64,000 nucleotides of DNA from Phoronis australis (taxonomy: Eukaryota; Animalia; Phoronida), in the NCBI GenBank assembly GCA_002633005.1, contig NMRA01000577.1, forward strand, positions 186,001 through 250,000. Reading direction: 5' to 3'. Each line of letters opens with the position of its first letter. Position 1 is the stretch's first letter. The position numbers and the translations under genes are program-made. Shown piece after piece: positions 12,020 to 27,300 of the stretch. The notes below the pieces were generated by a model. That model had not been told where the DNA came from. It worked only from the letters and a program-made list of their open reading frames with translations, and did no database searches.

Positions 12020-15000
12020 ACACGCTAGACTTGTAAAATTACGTAACATTGAAACAGTATTTTAGTATGATAAATTTGAACGATAATGCTACTTTATGTA
12101 AGCTTCGTGGGACCTTATCAACAAGTTCGCATATTTAATCAAATATCTTCAAACTACAGATTTTAACCCAGGAAAAGTACTTATTTTTTAAATTAAAAAG
12201 CTTTTTGAATTGATTTTATACTTTTCCCTAATCTGACATTACTTGGGTCACGTGACAATGTCTTTTGGCAAAATCTCAAAACCGTGTTACAGTTTACTAA
12301 GTCATCTGTTCGTTTTCACCATCACACAAAAGTGGAATATTTCAAATTCTTAAAAGCATTTTGGAAAACAATGCATAAAACATAGTATCGAAAAATTATA
12401 TGAATCCAATTATTCAGCTCTGAGTTCTGAGCAAAAGCTGGACATTTTTTAGGGTCCTACATAACCGCAACAATAGAGCCAAATTGCAAGCTTCAGATAC
12501 TTACCCTAAAGTCGTGTTGGTAACACAGACGAATTGTGGACTATAGTCTACAATCATTAGTTGGTAGAGACATAAACAGACTGGCCGGCGGACCCATTTG
12601 TAATCACGGGGTAAGCAACATTATTCTCAATATAAGAAGTGACTCAAGAGTCCGACATAACAGCAAAATGCTGCACAGGCAATGTCAGTTCGCAATGCTT
12701 CGGTTTCATTTTCGAACAATAAGATTTTATTCGTAAAGAATTCGTACAACTGCTAAAAATCCAACATAATATTCTGTGCACTGCAAGGACATGAAACTAG
12801 TTTTTGTTATTTGTAGGCACCACTAGTAAGCTGTGTTACGTAAATGCTTACAACTGCTGTTCGAACAACTTTGTTTCATGAGTAAACGTCTTTTATCGCT
12901 ACCACTGACAAACCGGCCAGTTTTCAGAGAAACAGTCTGGCGGATTGTGCGGTAATTAGTTGCAATAGCAAGAGACTGTACAGCCTCGTCCCGAAGCCCC
13001 AAGATGGCGCTGATAGGCTTAGCCATTTGAGGTTTGGTGAAGATATATCCTTTCTGCATGCTGATTGGCTCCAGCCGTGACGTCATTAAAATCTTTTAAG
13101 GTGGCGGTTATTTGGAAAAAGTGACGAAAATGGAATGTTCCTTTGAGTATGTAATGCCAGTAGTTTTTTCCGGAAACTAAATCAGATCCACAAGAAAGGA
13201 AGATTTTTCATTATTTTCTAAGGCGTGTTGTTGGCTGACATTTGTGATTCAAAAGCAGAAGATATGGTTTTGGTTACCGTTTGAAAAAAGTTGTTTGCAA
13301 ACTTTTTGGCGATTTTGTTTCATAGAAATTATCTTGTTTTTGAATTGAAATACATAATTTTTCAAATCATCAAATCCTAGATTACTTATTTTGATTTTTT
13401 GTACATTCTTCAGGAAATTTAAAACTACGTCACTAGTGATACTCCGACGATTTTCGTAAAAAGTGGTCAAAATTCCACCCAGAAGGTCTAAAGGGGCGAG
13501 GCTGGAGACTGTGGACGAAGACCGGCGACTTGAGTGATCATGTCGGGAATCCCTGTTGGGGAGACGCCTACCGGTCGGAGAAAAATCATATGCTTGGAAA
13601 CAAGGAAATTTGCAGTATGATTGCATAGTATGACGTTTGTTTGCATAAATTGTTTAGTTACTTACGGAATGGTCTTATTCATTGCAATACACTTCGACAC
13701 ACACTGTCGATTACAGCTCCAGTGCAATGTATTTCACAGTTGCGTTTCCATCGGACAAGGCAAAAGAAACATAAGATTTCAAAGTGATGTTAACTGATGC
13801 CTGAAATTTGCAACTCAATTTCTAAGATCAAATACGTTTTAGACAGTTTGCACATCAACAAGTTCGCCAATGAACTCCGACCAGAAAATAGTGCCACTGA
13901 GGAAACTGGAAAATTTTAGATCGCCTTATTTTGTGCGCAGATAATGAGATAAAAACGTAACTCGATTGCGAAATTAACACGCAAGCTACATCAACAATCG
14001 TTTTACTGTCATAGTATTCGGCATACGTCGCTTTAAATCATAAACATTCCCCACTGCTAGATTTATAGGGATATTCAAAGTCTTGCCTGACGATAAGTTT
14101 GAAATACTTTGTTGCAACAAATGGGGATGTACAAAAGGCGGTCAATTTCACCAACAAACGTTTCCCCAGTCTTTTCGCTCACTGCAACCTAATACCAATG
14201 AATTTGCTGTTCCAGCAAGTGAACCCATAACGATTCACCTAATGTGTGAAGCTGGAATTGGACACAAATTTTCTTTAGTTGATGTAATAGGCCATGTTGT
14301 CAGTTTAAATTGTCGGCACAACCAGCGTCACAAATACTTAGGCCTACTCAGTACACCTGAATCTATTTTGCGGTGCTGCCACGGTATCAGATGAAGGACG
14401 TTTTTCTAGCAGAAAAACATACTTTCACAAGGCTCTTGAAAACATGAATCGTCAAGGATGGTTTGGTTGAAGTCATAACACTTTTTTTAATAATATACCC
14501 AATCCTTTAGGACAATCTCCCTAGTTTAGAAGTTGTCTTACATGTTTGCGAACAAGACGAGCAAAAACATTTATCGTGCCATCAGTTCTCGTGTTTAGTT
14601 TATCAACTTCCTCTTCGCAGAACAATCGCCAGTCTTACGCGATTCTCGGGTTCCCCTTGACCCTTGAGGTTCGGCTAGCTATAGACTGTTTATAAACATA
14701 ATTACTCTACTTTTATCAATAGGAAACAATGGTCAAACAATTTGGAAGGGCTAAGATGAATGGGTCATTAATAGCAGTCTTTTAAGGTGAAAAACCGTAG
14801 GTTAAAGATCAAAAGGTTAGAAACCGCGCTGCCTCAACTCGCGTCCGAACGAAGTCCAAATGCAAATGAAAATCACGGAACTATGGGTAATTCAATTCCA
14901 ATTATCTTTGTATTTTATTTTTATAATAAAATAAACGACATCAAGCTCATGCCCACAGGGGTACGCATTCAAAACTTTTAATTCTTTTTCAAATCAAGAA

Positions 15001-18000
15001 CTTAACGAAGCGCAATTTTATTTCTCGTGTTTTAACCATCTACAGAACTATTATTTAGTATAAATACTGATAAAATATTTTTTGGCACAACGAAAAACCA
15101 TCCAATTTCCTAATCTATCCAGCACCAGCAAACAAAACGCGATATTTTTTCAATCTTGACATTGATTGCAATTTTACGTTTGGTCACCGCCGGCCATTAG
15201 CTACGAAATCAACTTCCTTCGTTAAGACTAAAAATTAAAATGGAAATCGTGTAGATACAACTAAACACTTTAATTTCCTGCAATCAAAACATTGTTTGGA
15301 CGATCGTTTAACAATGAAACTTTATAATTGTTGGTCCATTTTAAATTGCATCGAGACAATATTTCGTTTTCTGGTTTGGATAGCTCCTCACAGTCTTCAA
15401 ACAATGAAATTTAAAAAAATCTTTCAAAGAATTGTGGCACAGGAATACTATGACGCGGCAGTGCAAGAATGGCCCCTTGCATTCTAGCAACGCCAAAACA
15501 TAGCCAATAAATATTTTTATGGCAAGAATATCATTCGTCTGGTTGAACAAAGTAAAGGCCGGTTTGTCTACTGAGCTGAGCGCTCTAGGATTTTGACCCT
15601 GACGTACTTCGTAGAACCTAAATGTCAATGAAACACGCCTGACCTGAATAGTTTGTCTAACTACTCAATGTTGTTCGAGGAAAGACAAAGACGTTGACGT
15701 CTGATTTTTCCCTGTTTAATAAGTTCCGTTTTCGGACATTCAGTCGGTGTTATATACTGCTTTACGTTTTCACAAAATTTACGAATATTCTGTATGCCAG
15801 CACAAAGTTTGCAAGGAGGTTAAAACTTCAATTCACAACAGTTGCAGACGTTCTGTGTGCATCTAATTAAATCAAGCCATCCAGCGTATAAACGAGAGAT
15901 CGAATTTAGAGATATTTCTACCAAAATGACATGAAACTCAATAACACCAAAACAATAAATAAGTTTGAAACTAAATGTGAATGAGCCAGCAAAAAATAAT
16001 TTCTACTAATGTTTTGAAAAATTCCTAATCTTAAAATAATTCAGATTTCGCTGTCGGCAACGAACGCTTAAGTAACTTTCCAGTTTAATGAAATCACGAT
16101 TAACCGAAAATGAACTTTGTAAGCTGTGAGTACAACGTAAAGTGGAAAAATCTGATTTCAAGTTGTTGCATCAAAAACTTGTGCGCAGGATCACGTGGCC
16201 TCGTGCCCTTCCCGTAATACTGTGCACTGGTAGCAATCAGAGACTAATTTTCTGGAAGAATTTTACTGTTTAATGCATGTGTTACTTAATCTAACCCACC
16301 TGGAAAAATGCCTAAGATATCTCGAGAATTTTGGGATAATTTTAACGAGATTGTTCAACCGAAATGAAGTTTGGTGTTCGAGTCCTATAAAACATTTAAA
16401 GTCTTATGGTCTCTTGTGACGTCCTCTGTTTTCTTAGCAGTGCATCGAACAATATTATGTAGTCCAAATATTACGTCACGTGTCCACGTCTCAAGCTTCA
16501 CAAATGAATATTCTTGTTTAACGTAAATAATTGTCGTTTTCCAATGATTTTTGCTATTTTGCGACAAAATTGTGAATGCACGCTAAAGTTAGGGGCTATG
16601 TTAAATAATAGATACGTTAAGTTTCAAAGTAAAACGTTGAAGCTACAGGGTTCGGTAAATGTCAAGTGGCGCTCATATTTTTCTGTGCAGCAGTGCTAAA
16701 GCTGAGCATCGTTTCCCTGAAGCAGAAAAAAATGTTCATAGACATCTCTAATCCCATGAATTCTCCAACTTGCTACAAATATTCGTTTGTTTGTTTTTTT
16801 CTCTCCTTCTTTATGCAATCTATTAGTGGTGGCGCTTACTAAGAACTAGTTGTGATAATTGTATTTATTTGTTTATCTAATGGCCATTTATATTGGTCAT
16901 GAAAAATGAAAATATCTAATCCGTACATGATAGCTACTACCGCTTAGAGTAAGCAGAAAATGTCAAAAAACACATGGCAACCATATCGGGTTCAAGTAAT
17001 CTCAAATGTCCAAATGCAATTTATCACTTTTATTATCCTGGCGTGCTTCAATTTTGACTGGCCTCAATAATAACTCAGAAAAATCGCTTAAACACATTGC
17101 CGAGCATATGGTCTGTCTTCATTTTTTTATGGATTACCGTTGCAGTTCCGACTTGAAAACGAGACCTAAGTCTTTCTTTCTCCAAAACAAGGCACGTCCT
17201 GTCGGTCTGTTTACTCCATTTGTTTTCCATTGAACGTATAGAGACCCTGTATTGTGACTTCTAGCTGTGGAAGAATGCTATAAATATTTGGATACCCGTG
17301 TACATAACAAATGAAACCTACATATTCCGTCCCCACCAGCATTGGATATTAATTATTGAAAATCTTATGCAATGATAGAAACTTTTAGACTGCTTTTTTG
17401 GTATGATGGTTGAGTAAGTTTAAGATTACTACCAAAAAGCGTTGCCATAATAAACTTAATATAACCACATCTTTCACTTTTGGTTTGACATTTAGGACGT
17501 TCGTTATTTCTCGATATCGTGAAGATTATTCTCTGTGTTTTAAGCAGCTATATTTGAAATGTATTTGACTGTTCTATTTCAGTGTCAAAACTACAACTCA
17601 GCATAAATAGAAAATAATTCCTAGACTGCAAATGTCGTGTCTTTATATTTTTCTATTTTTATAACAATTACGTCTATGCTTCGTGTTCGTGATAAGAGTA
17701 CCTCTTGCCTTTCCGCGACAATATTTTGACTACACGCGCGTCTATAGAATAGAAATATTGCAACGATTAAAACATTATCTAGAAGCACTTAGACTGTACT
17801 CTGAGGTAGTTAGCAAGCAGCGAACTAGTTCTTCAGACTTTCATTTAAAATGCATTACAATGGGCTGGGCTGGTGTTGAAATGGTGCTAACCTTTGGCGT
17901 CAACGGAATGATAAACCGGTCACCTATTTTCTGGGTTAAAAACGTTGCACACAGGCTTGTGAAGCTCACTATAATTTGTAAACGGACTAACAGACACCTA

Positions 18001-18409
18001 ACGCGTTTTCTCGTGAACACACATGTACTTGGTGAAGATATTAGCGTTTAGGGGATCTCGATGTCATGCTTTCTTCGACCAGCTATCAAACTTACTAGTA
18101 AGTTTTGAAAAGTTATTTTCAGCCATGAGTTTATAAATTGTGTTCTGTCATACCGTGAGAATCGCCGTAGTTGCAGTGATGAGATATATAACTTAGCAAC
18201 ACACACTTTCTCAAGCAATTTGACTTTGTTGAACGGTCCAAAACGGCAAAATTATAATACACCAGTTCCTTGTGTTGGTTATTAACTATATAAAGCATTC
18301 AACCGATTATCAAATATCCTAGACAGTTGACTTTATAAAAGGCCAACTAACATGAGCCAAAGAAAATAAAACTGACGTATCAAACAACGCTCATAGAGGC
18401 TAAAGTGGT

Positions 18410-19000
18410 ACATGACTGCACCTTCTACTAGCATATATGGCAAATCTCTCTTACCGGACACCTCTCTGTATGAAGTCAATCAGCTGTTGGAAACACATAA
18501 ACACAGCCACACCAGAAACCTTGAGAAGAAGAGATCCCATCAACTTCGACATTCAGTCAAAATACAAGACCAGTTGTTCAAACATAGTGAATTTTCTGGT
18601 CTGCTTGACACGTTATATAGCCCAGGTCCGTGCGCGTGAGCGCCTACATCCGCTAACACAATCTCCTCCCAGACGACTTCGCGACTCGCGGTAAAATCAC
18701 TTCCGCTTTAGAACGAGACTCCAAGCTGAAGAGAGCGAGTCTTTTTACGATATGTGACCTATTGAAAAACCTACCTTGCAACTCAGCGTCGGTTTTCCAT
18801 GTGCGAGGGTACTTTTCCTCAAAGCACGCTTGATGATAGCACGAGGCTGTTTTTACCAATTCGTTCAGTGAGATGTTCTTCAATCGCGGTCCAGCAACGT
18901 TAGATGCTTTGAGGCGTCTCGTTAGAGTCGTGGCTCTTAAATTTTGTTCTAAGGTATCTTAATGGGACATATATTGTCCATGTCTGAACTCGCATTTTCA
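18410..19000 (+). mobile_element. Degraded Penelope-like retroelement fragment (Cys linker plus GIY-YIG endonuclease region)
   Basis: Translation gives LLAY../GKSL..DT, PLCMKSISCWKHINTAT and FDIQSKYKTSCSNIVNFLVCLTRYIAQVRARERL, with a later frameshifted GT...PCLN. This order matches the Penelope linker (CxxxxCxxCxHI) and GIY-YIG (NxVYxIxC...YIGxT.R) motifs, though decayed. Confidence 0.5.
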
Positions 19001-21891
19001 GAAGCGCTGTTTAAACTATCAAGTCACTCATCTCTGGACTTTATCAACCAATAGAAATTAATGTATTTCGTCTATTGTCCACCGGTAGCTCTGTGTGAAA
19101 TTTTGGGTAAAACCACTCCGGCTATCATGAATGGCCAAGTACTGGATGTTTTACGAATTCAATTGGTCTTTTGCTTGTTTTTGTGAGCACGGTCAATGAA
19201 AAAGGTTTTGTGCACGTGTTTATTTTATCTCTGAGTGCAAGCTCGACCGGTCCTTGCTCACTGTCTAAAGCCGCCAAGGCATGAAATGTCACTTAGTGTT
19301 TAGATAATTATTCAAATGATTTAGCGGGATTTTGGTGTGACTTCATCGGTCAATTCACGACAAAAACATGGTCGACGTTAAAGTATTACAACTCAGTGCG
19401 GTAGAAACATTTAAATTTTACTTATTTTTGTCAGATAAACGAGGTTCTTGTGTCCAATACAACTTCCTAGTTCTCGGGCACATGTGCCTTGTCATTTGTC
19501 AGAAGTGAAATTGATTGCAATAATTCAACTAGACAAATCCAACGTGTTAGTATCTCGAAGTTTTCAATCTGAGCTGAAATTTGTTGAGCCTGCTCCCAAG
19601 CAATAACGAATTGTCAGTGCATCCTGAGCGGATAGATCACTACACGATGAGACTAGTTTTATAATGGCTGCTAGCCTAAAAATGGATTTTAGACTGAAAG
19701 CATGAGAGTACGCCGCTTGTATCAATATTAAACAATAAATGGTTCCAGTGTATGTAACAAGGTAGGGTTGGTGGCAACAAATAATATTTTGTTTACCGTT
19801 TTGAATTTCTTGAAATAAAAGTAAAATTGAACGAGTAGTCAGGATAACATTCTAAACCATTTTCATGTCTCTAAATAATTCTCAATAGAACTGAATGATT
19901 GACATATTTTACACAGAATTTGCATGAGTGATCGTGCGTAACCGCATTTAATAAACATAAATTATTCAAATAAGTGTTAGTGAATCAAATCAAAGTGGAT
20001 ATTCGTGTCTGCCTAAAACACAAGTTCAGCCAACTATCTCTCACCTATCAGCGAAGCCAAAAACATTGCAGTGATCCATATTTTACCCAAAACTATTTTT
20101 GCAAATAATTGAAGGAAGTATTCAAGCATGTGAGGTTTCACAAAAGTTCATATTTACGTTAGGCTTGTTAAACGATTTAAAACAATGCAATCGGTAGATT
20201 GAAATTGTAACAGTTATGTGACTATGGTTTTCAAAATGGTCTCTTAACCTCGGAAAGGATAGACACTGTTTACTTGTCCCATTCGAAAGACAATGGCACA
20301 CGACTAAAGCGGACATAAATCCGTGTTCCGTCAAAACAAATAACTTTTGATTTAGACCAGTTGTGATTTGTTCCTGATTCAGATGAGAAGTAGTATCTAG
20401 GCGTGAGATCGTGGTCGGCCCAAGACTACCCTCCGTAACCGGCCAAGTTGTTGAGTCTAGTATCGAGTAATAAACTACCAGTTCTTTCCACGAGCCCAGA
20501 AATCACATCTATTTTGATGAGACCACAACAGCATCTTTTTAAAATTGAAAGTTGTTGTTTTTGTGACACAAGGAGGGTTTCAGAACAGCTTTACTGAAGG
20601 GTCGAATCTCACTTCCCGGTTTTCGCCGAGGTTTCCTTTTGTGTGTATATGCCGTTATAAAGAGTTTTTTGAATTATGAAAAACCTAATGAAATAATTTT
20701 ACCAATAATCTGGGTCAGTAAGGCGTGGATGGTCTCCGGAGTGGAGTCGATGTGGACATTCATGACTGACCCTGGGGTTATTACGAAACGTAAGAATGAT
20801 GTAAAAACAATAAACAAGAGTATTGTGTCTGCGGCAGAATTTAGCAACATGCTAAATAGGAGTTTCAGGACCCCAATCACACACACCAACTAATTTCAAT
20901 ACCACACGGCAAATACGGCGGCCACCTGTGGTTACTTTACTCCCCAACTGGCGTTACGTCCTGCCTATCATAACCATATTATGAATGACGGACCACGGCC
21001 AACACTCACGCATAAATAATGAGTGGACAATACTAGTGATGTTAGGATGCAAAGGAGAGTAGTTTTTCAATGGGACAGTTTAACCGGTACAAAATAAAGA
21101 AGTGCCGTAACGCCAACCACTGTACGTAAAACTCGTTAAAACGTTATAAGCTTGATGGACTAGACATTTGGTGCTATTTTCTCGCACCTGCAATATTTAG
21201 AAAAATAAACACGGGGCCACATTCCTGGTCATTGGAACGATTCCTATACACTTTGAACGGCATGGTAGTTATTCACGTTCTACCATTGTTACAAAGTTAG
21301 GCATTCACTATTCAAAGCCGGTCTGTAACACTACCATTAAGAATACTTAGGCGAAATTTTGGAAGACACTAAAGGGTATAGATTTCATTGCAATAATAAT
21401 GTTAATTGTTCGTTTGTTATCATTGCCACCTTATCAAATAAACGGTCTTTTCATTTCTATCATTTCAAGTACAAGCATACCTCCTTTAGAAAAAATATAC
21501 ACAGTTCAACAACTCCCCGATAACTTCCCTTATGAAAATATCGTTAGCGTTCACTCAAGACGACATTCAAATTAATTTTAGTTCGTCTCCCCAGAGGCGT
21601 TTGTGTTATGAACTCGAAATGTGAATTTTTGGAATCTTAGATAGAAGATGTTAATTTGTTGGCATTATGACGGCATATTATAACGTTCAAATATGCTTCA
21701 CGGCGTGAACAGGTGCACGTTGATCGGGTGTGTGTGGTCCAGTGACAGAGCCCCCAGCTAAAAAAGCAGTCCCAAATAGCATCTTAATTGTCACCGTACC
21801 AAGTCAATAAGTGGTCAGTAAAGCAAGAATTAATGGGTAGTTTTAATTGGTTTGCCATTTGTTACACAGGAGCATGACGTCATGTCATGGT

Positions 21892-21950
21892 GACAACAAC
21901 AACAGCAACAAAATCAACAACAACACAACAATAACTCTTCACACAACTAC
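21892..21950. repeat. Imperfect (CAA)n microsatellite
   Basis: Seen directly in the sequence. Confidence 0.8.
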
Positions 21951-24337
21951 AGGTATGACACAATTATTTTATTTAGTATTAACAACAAGTTTGGGATAAT
22001 AATTATGACGGTGATAGATAGGCTGGGTTGTATTGATGCTTGCTTTCTGCCTGTGTGTATGTCGATCATGAGCGAACTGTCGCTTAATTCATCCCTTCCA
22101 CTCACTCTCATATTTTGAACATTACTTTTTAATTTTAGTGCCTTTTGTTGCTTAGCTTCTGCAAGTATATTAGGCTTATGGTTAAATTGCTATTTCATTT
22201 AACTTCTACATAATAACAAATGATCTTTATCGTTTTTATTGAGAATTGAGAACGTACCTTCGTGGGCCTGTGGCGAGGTTATCTAGGAAGTTAATAGAGC
22301 TTAATGAACCAAAAGGCTCTGAGCACTGCACTTTGAAAAAGTTACCAAATCAAAACCTCGAAACTTTTATAAATGGAGCGAAACATAAACGCACGGTCAC
22401 AAATTTACTCCACGATATTAAATATTCAGTTACATATCAACATACAATTCTACATTTTTATCCTTCTCAAAAATAGCCTATAAAGCTTACATGTCTTGCA
22501 TTCTTTGTGAGTGAGCTCAGTAGATGGATTCGAAGTGAGACGAAATGCAAAATGCAGCTATGTCAACAGACTTCGTTATTTATGTTCTCGCCAGTTGTTA
22601 CCGCTGTTTGCACCATGCCTTCAACTGACTTTTTCTTGTCGCACGCATGCTTACAATTTTAATAATGTTTGTTTCTCATAGCTCAGGGTAACCCGTGATC
22701 GGTGTTTTGGTTTCCTAAATATCTGTTGTTTTTTCTCTTCTTTGCACATTGCCTGCATTTATGGGAAGTCCGCTGTAATTACACCATTTAGTGAGAATTC
22801 AGCATTAATTTGAACTCCCGCGGTTTCATAGCTTTGCAGGAGGTCCGCTAACTTAAACAGCATACATTGAATAACGTGTAAAGAATATTCGCGATTGTCG
22901 CGAAACTGGGTTGTTGGTTTCAAAAATTCCGTTCCATTTCCTGTTATCATCAAATCAGTCACAAAGCTGTTGATAATCACACGAAAAATATTTGTTCTGC
23001 AACTTCTGAAATAAAAGCTACCTTTACTGTAGGTGTTCAAGCAATTGTCGCTGATATATTATTATTACGGACCTGCGTAAAACCGAAAAATAGTACTCAG
23101 TCGTAGTACGGCCCTATTAAATTTAGTCGTTTGGAGCCTTGAAATTAAAAGAGCATTAAATTCAATTGTATCTTTCAACAATTTCTTTACCTAATCTAAC
23201 AAACTTTTCCACGCCTTAATTATGACGATATCATCGTCTAAGTAAAATAAAAAATACCATGTCATCTCATCTCTCACAAAACCTCAGGCACGGACCTATC
23301 TACTGTTTAGGTTTAGTACACGAAATGTTTACTTCATAATCTCTACCTTAATAATAAACTTTGTTTGCCCCACTGTCCATGCGTCCTTACTCATTTTAAC
23401 TTCACACCGAGGTACACGAAAGCACGACTGTGGAAGATATATAACTGTCATGCACGTTTTCAGGTATTCAGCCCCATCCGCAGGTTTCAAAACACGTGCT
23501 ATAGATAGTGGGCAACTAGCCGCAATTCATCCGGTGAAGTCGTTTGGCCAATGGTTAAGTGGTCAGCTAAATTAATGTTAGACCAACTGGTCAAAATGGG
23601 TGGTCTTCTTAACAATGCCCCCATATTCTCCTCGACGGAACCCCCCAACGTTTTGAGGTTATGAATTATGACCATGGTAGCATTCACAAAAAACAAGAAA
23701 CATGTTGAAAGAATTTTTAATATTTAATTTTAACATGCGGTCGTGTTTGAGTAACTCGATCATTTTCGACTTAAGGTGTGAATTCAGTGCAAGTTCTCGC
23801 GTAAGAAATAATGACAAGTTATATTACAGGAAACGTTCATTGCGCCCAAATAAGAACATTTTGCGTGGACACGCCACTGCTAATTTACGAAGTAAGTGTG
23901 GAGATCTCATTAAGATACATTACGACCATTACTCAGTTCAGGGAAAGGTCTAGTAATGCGTGCCTCTGAGGTTGCAGGATGATGCAGTCTACTAGAAAAT
24001 GACAACTAGTGATGATCGTTTCCTTCATCTCACTTATAAGCAAATAGTTTAGTCACACCCTCGCGAAATTTTCTCTTGCTTGATTGCTTACTTCTCTGTT
24101 TGGTTCGTTTTCAAACCTAAGAAAGTGCTGTACTTTGATATGTGCTAACAATTGATAATTAAAAGTACCGCATCGATTTTCAAAACAGCTGCACATCAGA
24201 ATTAAATAATAATTGTCCTACAAAGGAAGTTATTCGTACACGAGGAGTCAGCGCGACTAGTGGGACAAATGTACGCTTCTATTAGATAACTGAAGGTCGA
24301 GTCCCTTTTGGGCACATTGATAGACCCTTGAGTCAGG

Positions 24338-27300
24338 CCCTAGCTCCTAAGCCCGGTTTTAACTATACATTAATAAAGCGTAAACATGGTTCCAGGTGAT
24401 CAGTGCAGTGGGCCCACCTGAGCCCACCGTCTGGTAAAACGTGTACCAAACTGCTTGCAATTCTTATTTTTAAGCTATTGATGTCAGGTTTCTGGTTTAG
24501 ACTCGTTGTTACCGCGACTACCAGAGTAGTTTCTGGAAAGTTGTCAATTTAAAATCAACTCGAGTAGTTTGAATATGGCACAGATTTAAAACAATTGTAG
24601 AAACAAGGGTGTAGATGTAATGTCAGCTTCAAATAATTGCGTGGGCGACGCTACCCACGCGACGGAAAGGCAGGCAATGGGCCAACACAGTCACCAGCAA
24701 AACATAGCAACATCTGATGACCCCCTGAAGCTTGATTTCAAGGCAAAATATTTTATACGTATGCAGATGAGACAATGCCCAAGTGAATAGATCAACCCAA
24801 ACAGACCAGAATAGGTAAGCTAAAATGAAAGGGGTGCAATCTTGAGCACATTGAACATATGAGGACAACCTCGCTCCGGCCTGGCTTCTTATTCTGACTC
24901 TTCTGAAAGGTTTAATTTGAAAAACATCAACTCTAGAGAGTCATTGGACTTCTTTTTAACGAAACTAAGCTTATCTTTTGGTTTTTATTGTTACTTGTTT
25001 TGGAAATTTAAAATACTATTTTAAAAACAATAAAAATTGGATTTGAAAGTATAACACTCTACACTAGTTATCTTTGTAAAGTTCACTTACCGGTAAGACA
25101 ATCTTTAAATAGTGGTAAAAATGAACTCGGCATTTAGTTAGAAAAACTATTTATTTACCAGTAATCTTTGCTATGTTATTTTCTACTGTTGTTATTCAAT
25201 TATGATCTGATGGCATGGTCCACAGTTCTGTGGTGTGACTTTATTACGCTCAGCAAAACTTGATGCGCGCGCATCCAAGAACATAGATTTGTAGGATCAG
25301 ATACCTGGCGTCCAATCCATTATTCAGAAAATGTCCAAGATGCGATTGTCTGATCGGTAAAATAGCTGTGGATTGTGAATAGATGCTACATAGCATCTGA
25401 GATAATTTGAACTTCTGACTGTTTGAAATACGTATGGGCGGCGCACCACAGGGGGTTGGGGCTATAGCTCCCCACTTATTTCAGTGTTGAGCCGCCCATG
25501 GCCATGGCAGCGTGCACCATGATTTCTGCAGAAGCGTTGTCTACTTCTAGTGGCGAAACTGACGTGGAAGTACATTGTTGTCATATTTTACATATTAATT
25601 ATTGAATTCAAAAGTACTACATGACGAAAAGAATACGCCAAAGTGGAAAATTCATTTTAGCAGACTTCTTCATTTTAGTATGCTGGTAGCAATCATGAGT
25701 CCTCACAAAGTTATAGCGAATATCTGATCAAGCTTCATTGGGTAATATTTGAGATATGACGGATGGGCGAACTCGGCTCGGTCCCTCAATGCTTTTTTGG
25801 CCTAATCCTGTTGTCTGCAATGCAATTTACCCGTTTCGTTGTTTTATGAATCACTGAGGTTGTCTGACTGGAACGCACGCCACATACAATTCTTCAATAT
25901 TTTTCAGTAAAAATGTAACCTTGCTTGTCGTTCAGTTACGTTTGTATTGGTTTTAATTAAAACGCAAATAATCCTCGATAGAAAACATAAGTGGCACACG
26001 TTTGGAGAACCAAAGACGTTTTCTAACTTTTCGTTAGACTCCATGATGCCTTTTACTTAACATTCTAAACTTGTATGTGCGCGTTCNNNNNNNNNNNNNN
26101 NNNNNNNNNNNNNNNNNNNNNNNNNNNNNNNNNNNNNNNNNNNNNNNNNNNNNNNNNNNNNNNNNNNNNNNNNNNNNNNNNNNNNNNNNNNNNNNNNNNN
26201 NNNNNNNNNNNNNNNNNNNNNNNNNNNNNNNNNNNNNNNNNNNNNNNNNNNNNNNNNNNNNNNNNNNNNNNNNNNNNNNNNNNNNNNNNNNNNNNNNNNN
26301 NNNNNNNNNNNNNNNNNNNNNNNNNNNNNNNNNNNNNNNNNNNNNNNNNNNNNNNNNNNNNNNNNNNNNNNNNNNNNNNNNNNNNNNNNNNNNNNNNNNN
26401 NNNNNNNNNNNNNNNNNNNNNNNNNNNNNNNNNNNNNNNNNNNNNNNNNNNNNNNNNNNNNNNNNNNNNNNNNNNNNNNNNNNNNNNNNNNNNNNNNNNN
26501 NNNNNNNNNNNNNNNNNNNNNNNNNNNNNNNNNNNNNNNNNNNNNNNNNNNNNNNNNNNNNNNNNNNNNNNNNNNNNNNNNNNNNNNNNNNNNNNNNNNN
26601 NNNNNNNNNNNNNNNNNNNNNNNNNNNNNNNNNNNNNNNNNNNNNNNNNNNNNNNNNNNNNNNNNNNNNNNNNNNNNNNNNNNNNNNNNNNNNNNNNNNN
26701 CCCTAGCTCCTAAGCCCGGTTTTAACTATACATTAATAAAGCGTAAACATGGTTCCAGGTGATCAGTGCAGTGGGCCCACCTGAGCCCACCGTCTGGTAA
26801 AACGTGTACCAAACTGCTTGCAATTCTTATTTTTAAGCTATTGATGTCAAGTTTCTGGTTTAGAATCGTTGTTACCGCGACTACCAGAGTAGTTTCTGGA
26901 AAGTTGTCAATTTAAAATCAACTCGAGTAGTTTGAATATGGCACAGATTTAAAACAATTGTAGAAACAAGGGTGTAGATGTAATGTCAGCTTCAAATAAT
27001 TGCGTGGGCGACGCTGCCCACGCGGCGGAAAGGCAGGCAGTGGGCCAACACAGTCGCCAGCAAAACATAGCAACATCTGATGACCCTCTGAAGCTTGATT
27101 TCAAGGCAAAATATTTTATACATATGCAGATGATACAACGCCCAAGTGAATAGATCAGCCCAAACAAAATCAGAATAGGTACGCTAAAATGAAAGGGGTG
27201 CAATCTTGGACACGTTGAACATAAGAGGACAACCTCGCTCCGGCCTGGCTTCTTATTCTGACTCTTCGGAAAGGTTTAATTTGAAAAACATCAACTCTAG

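Noticed and set aside
20639-20893. ORFs open on both strands
   Set aside because: Short, no domain, no convincing splice-site pair.
26071-26713. ORFs of 211-212 aa
   Set aside because: Translation of the N-gap.
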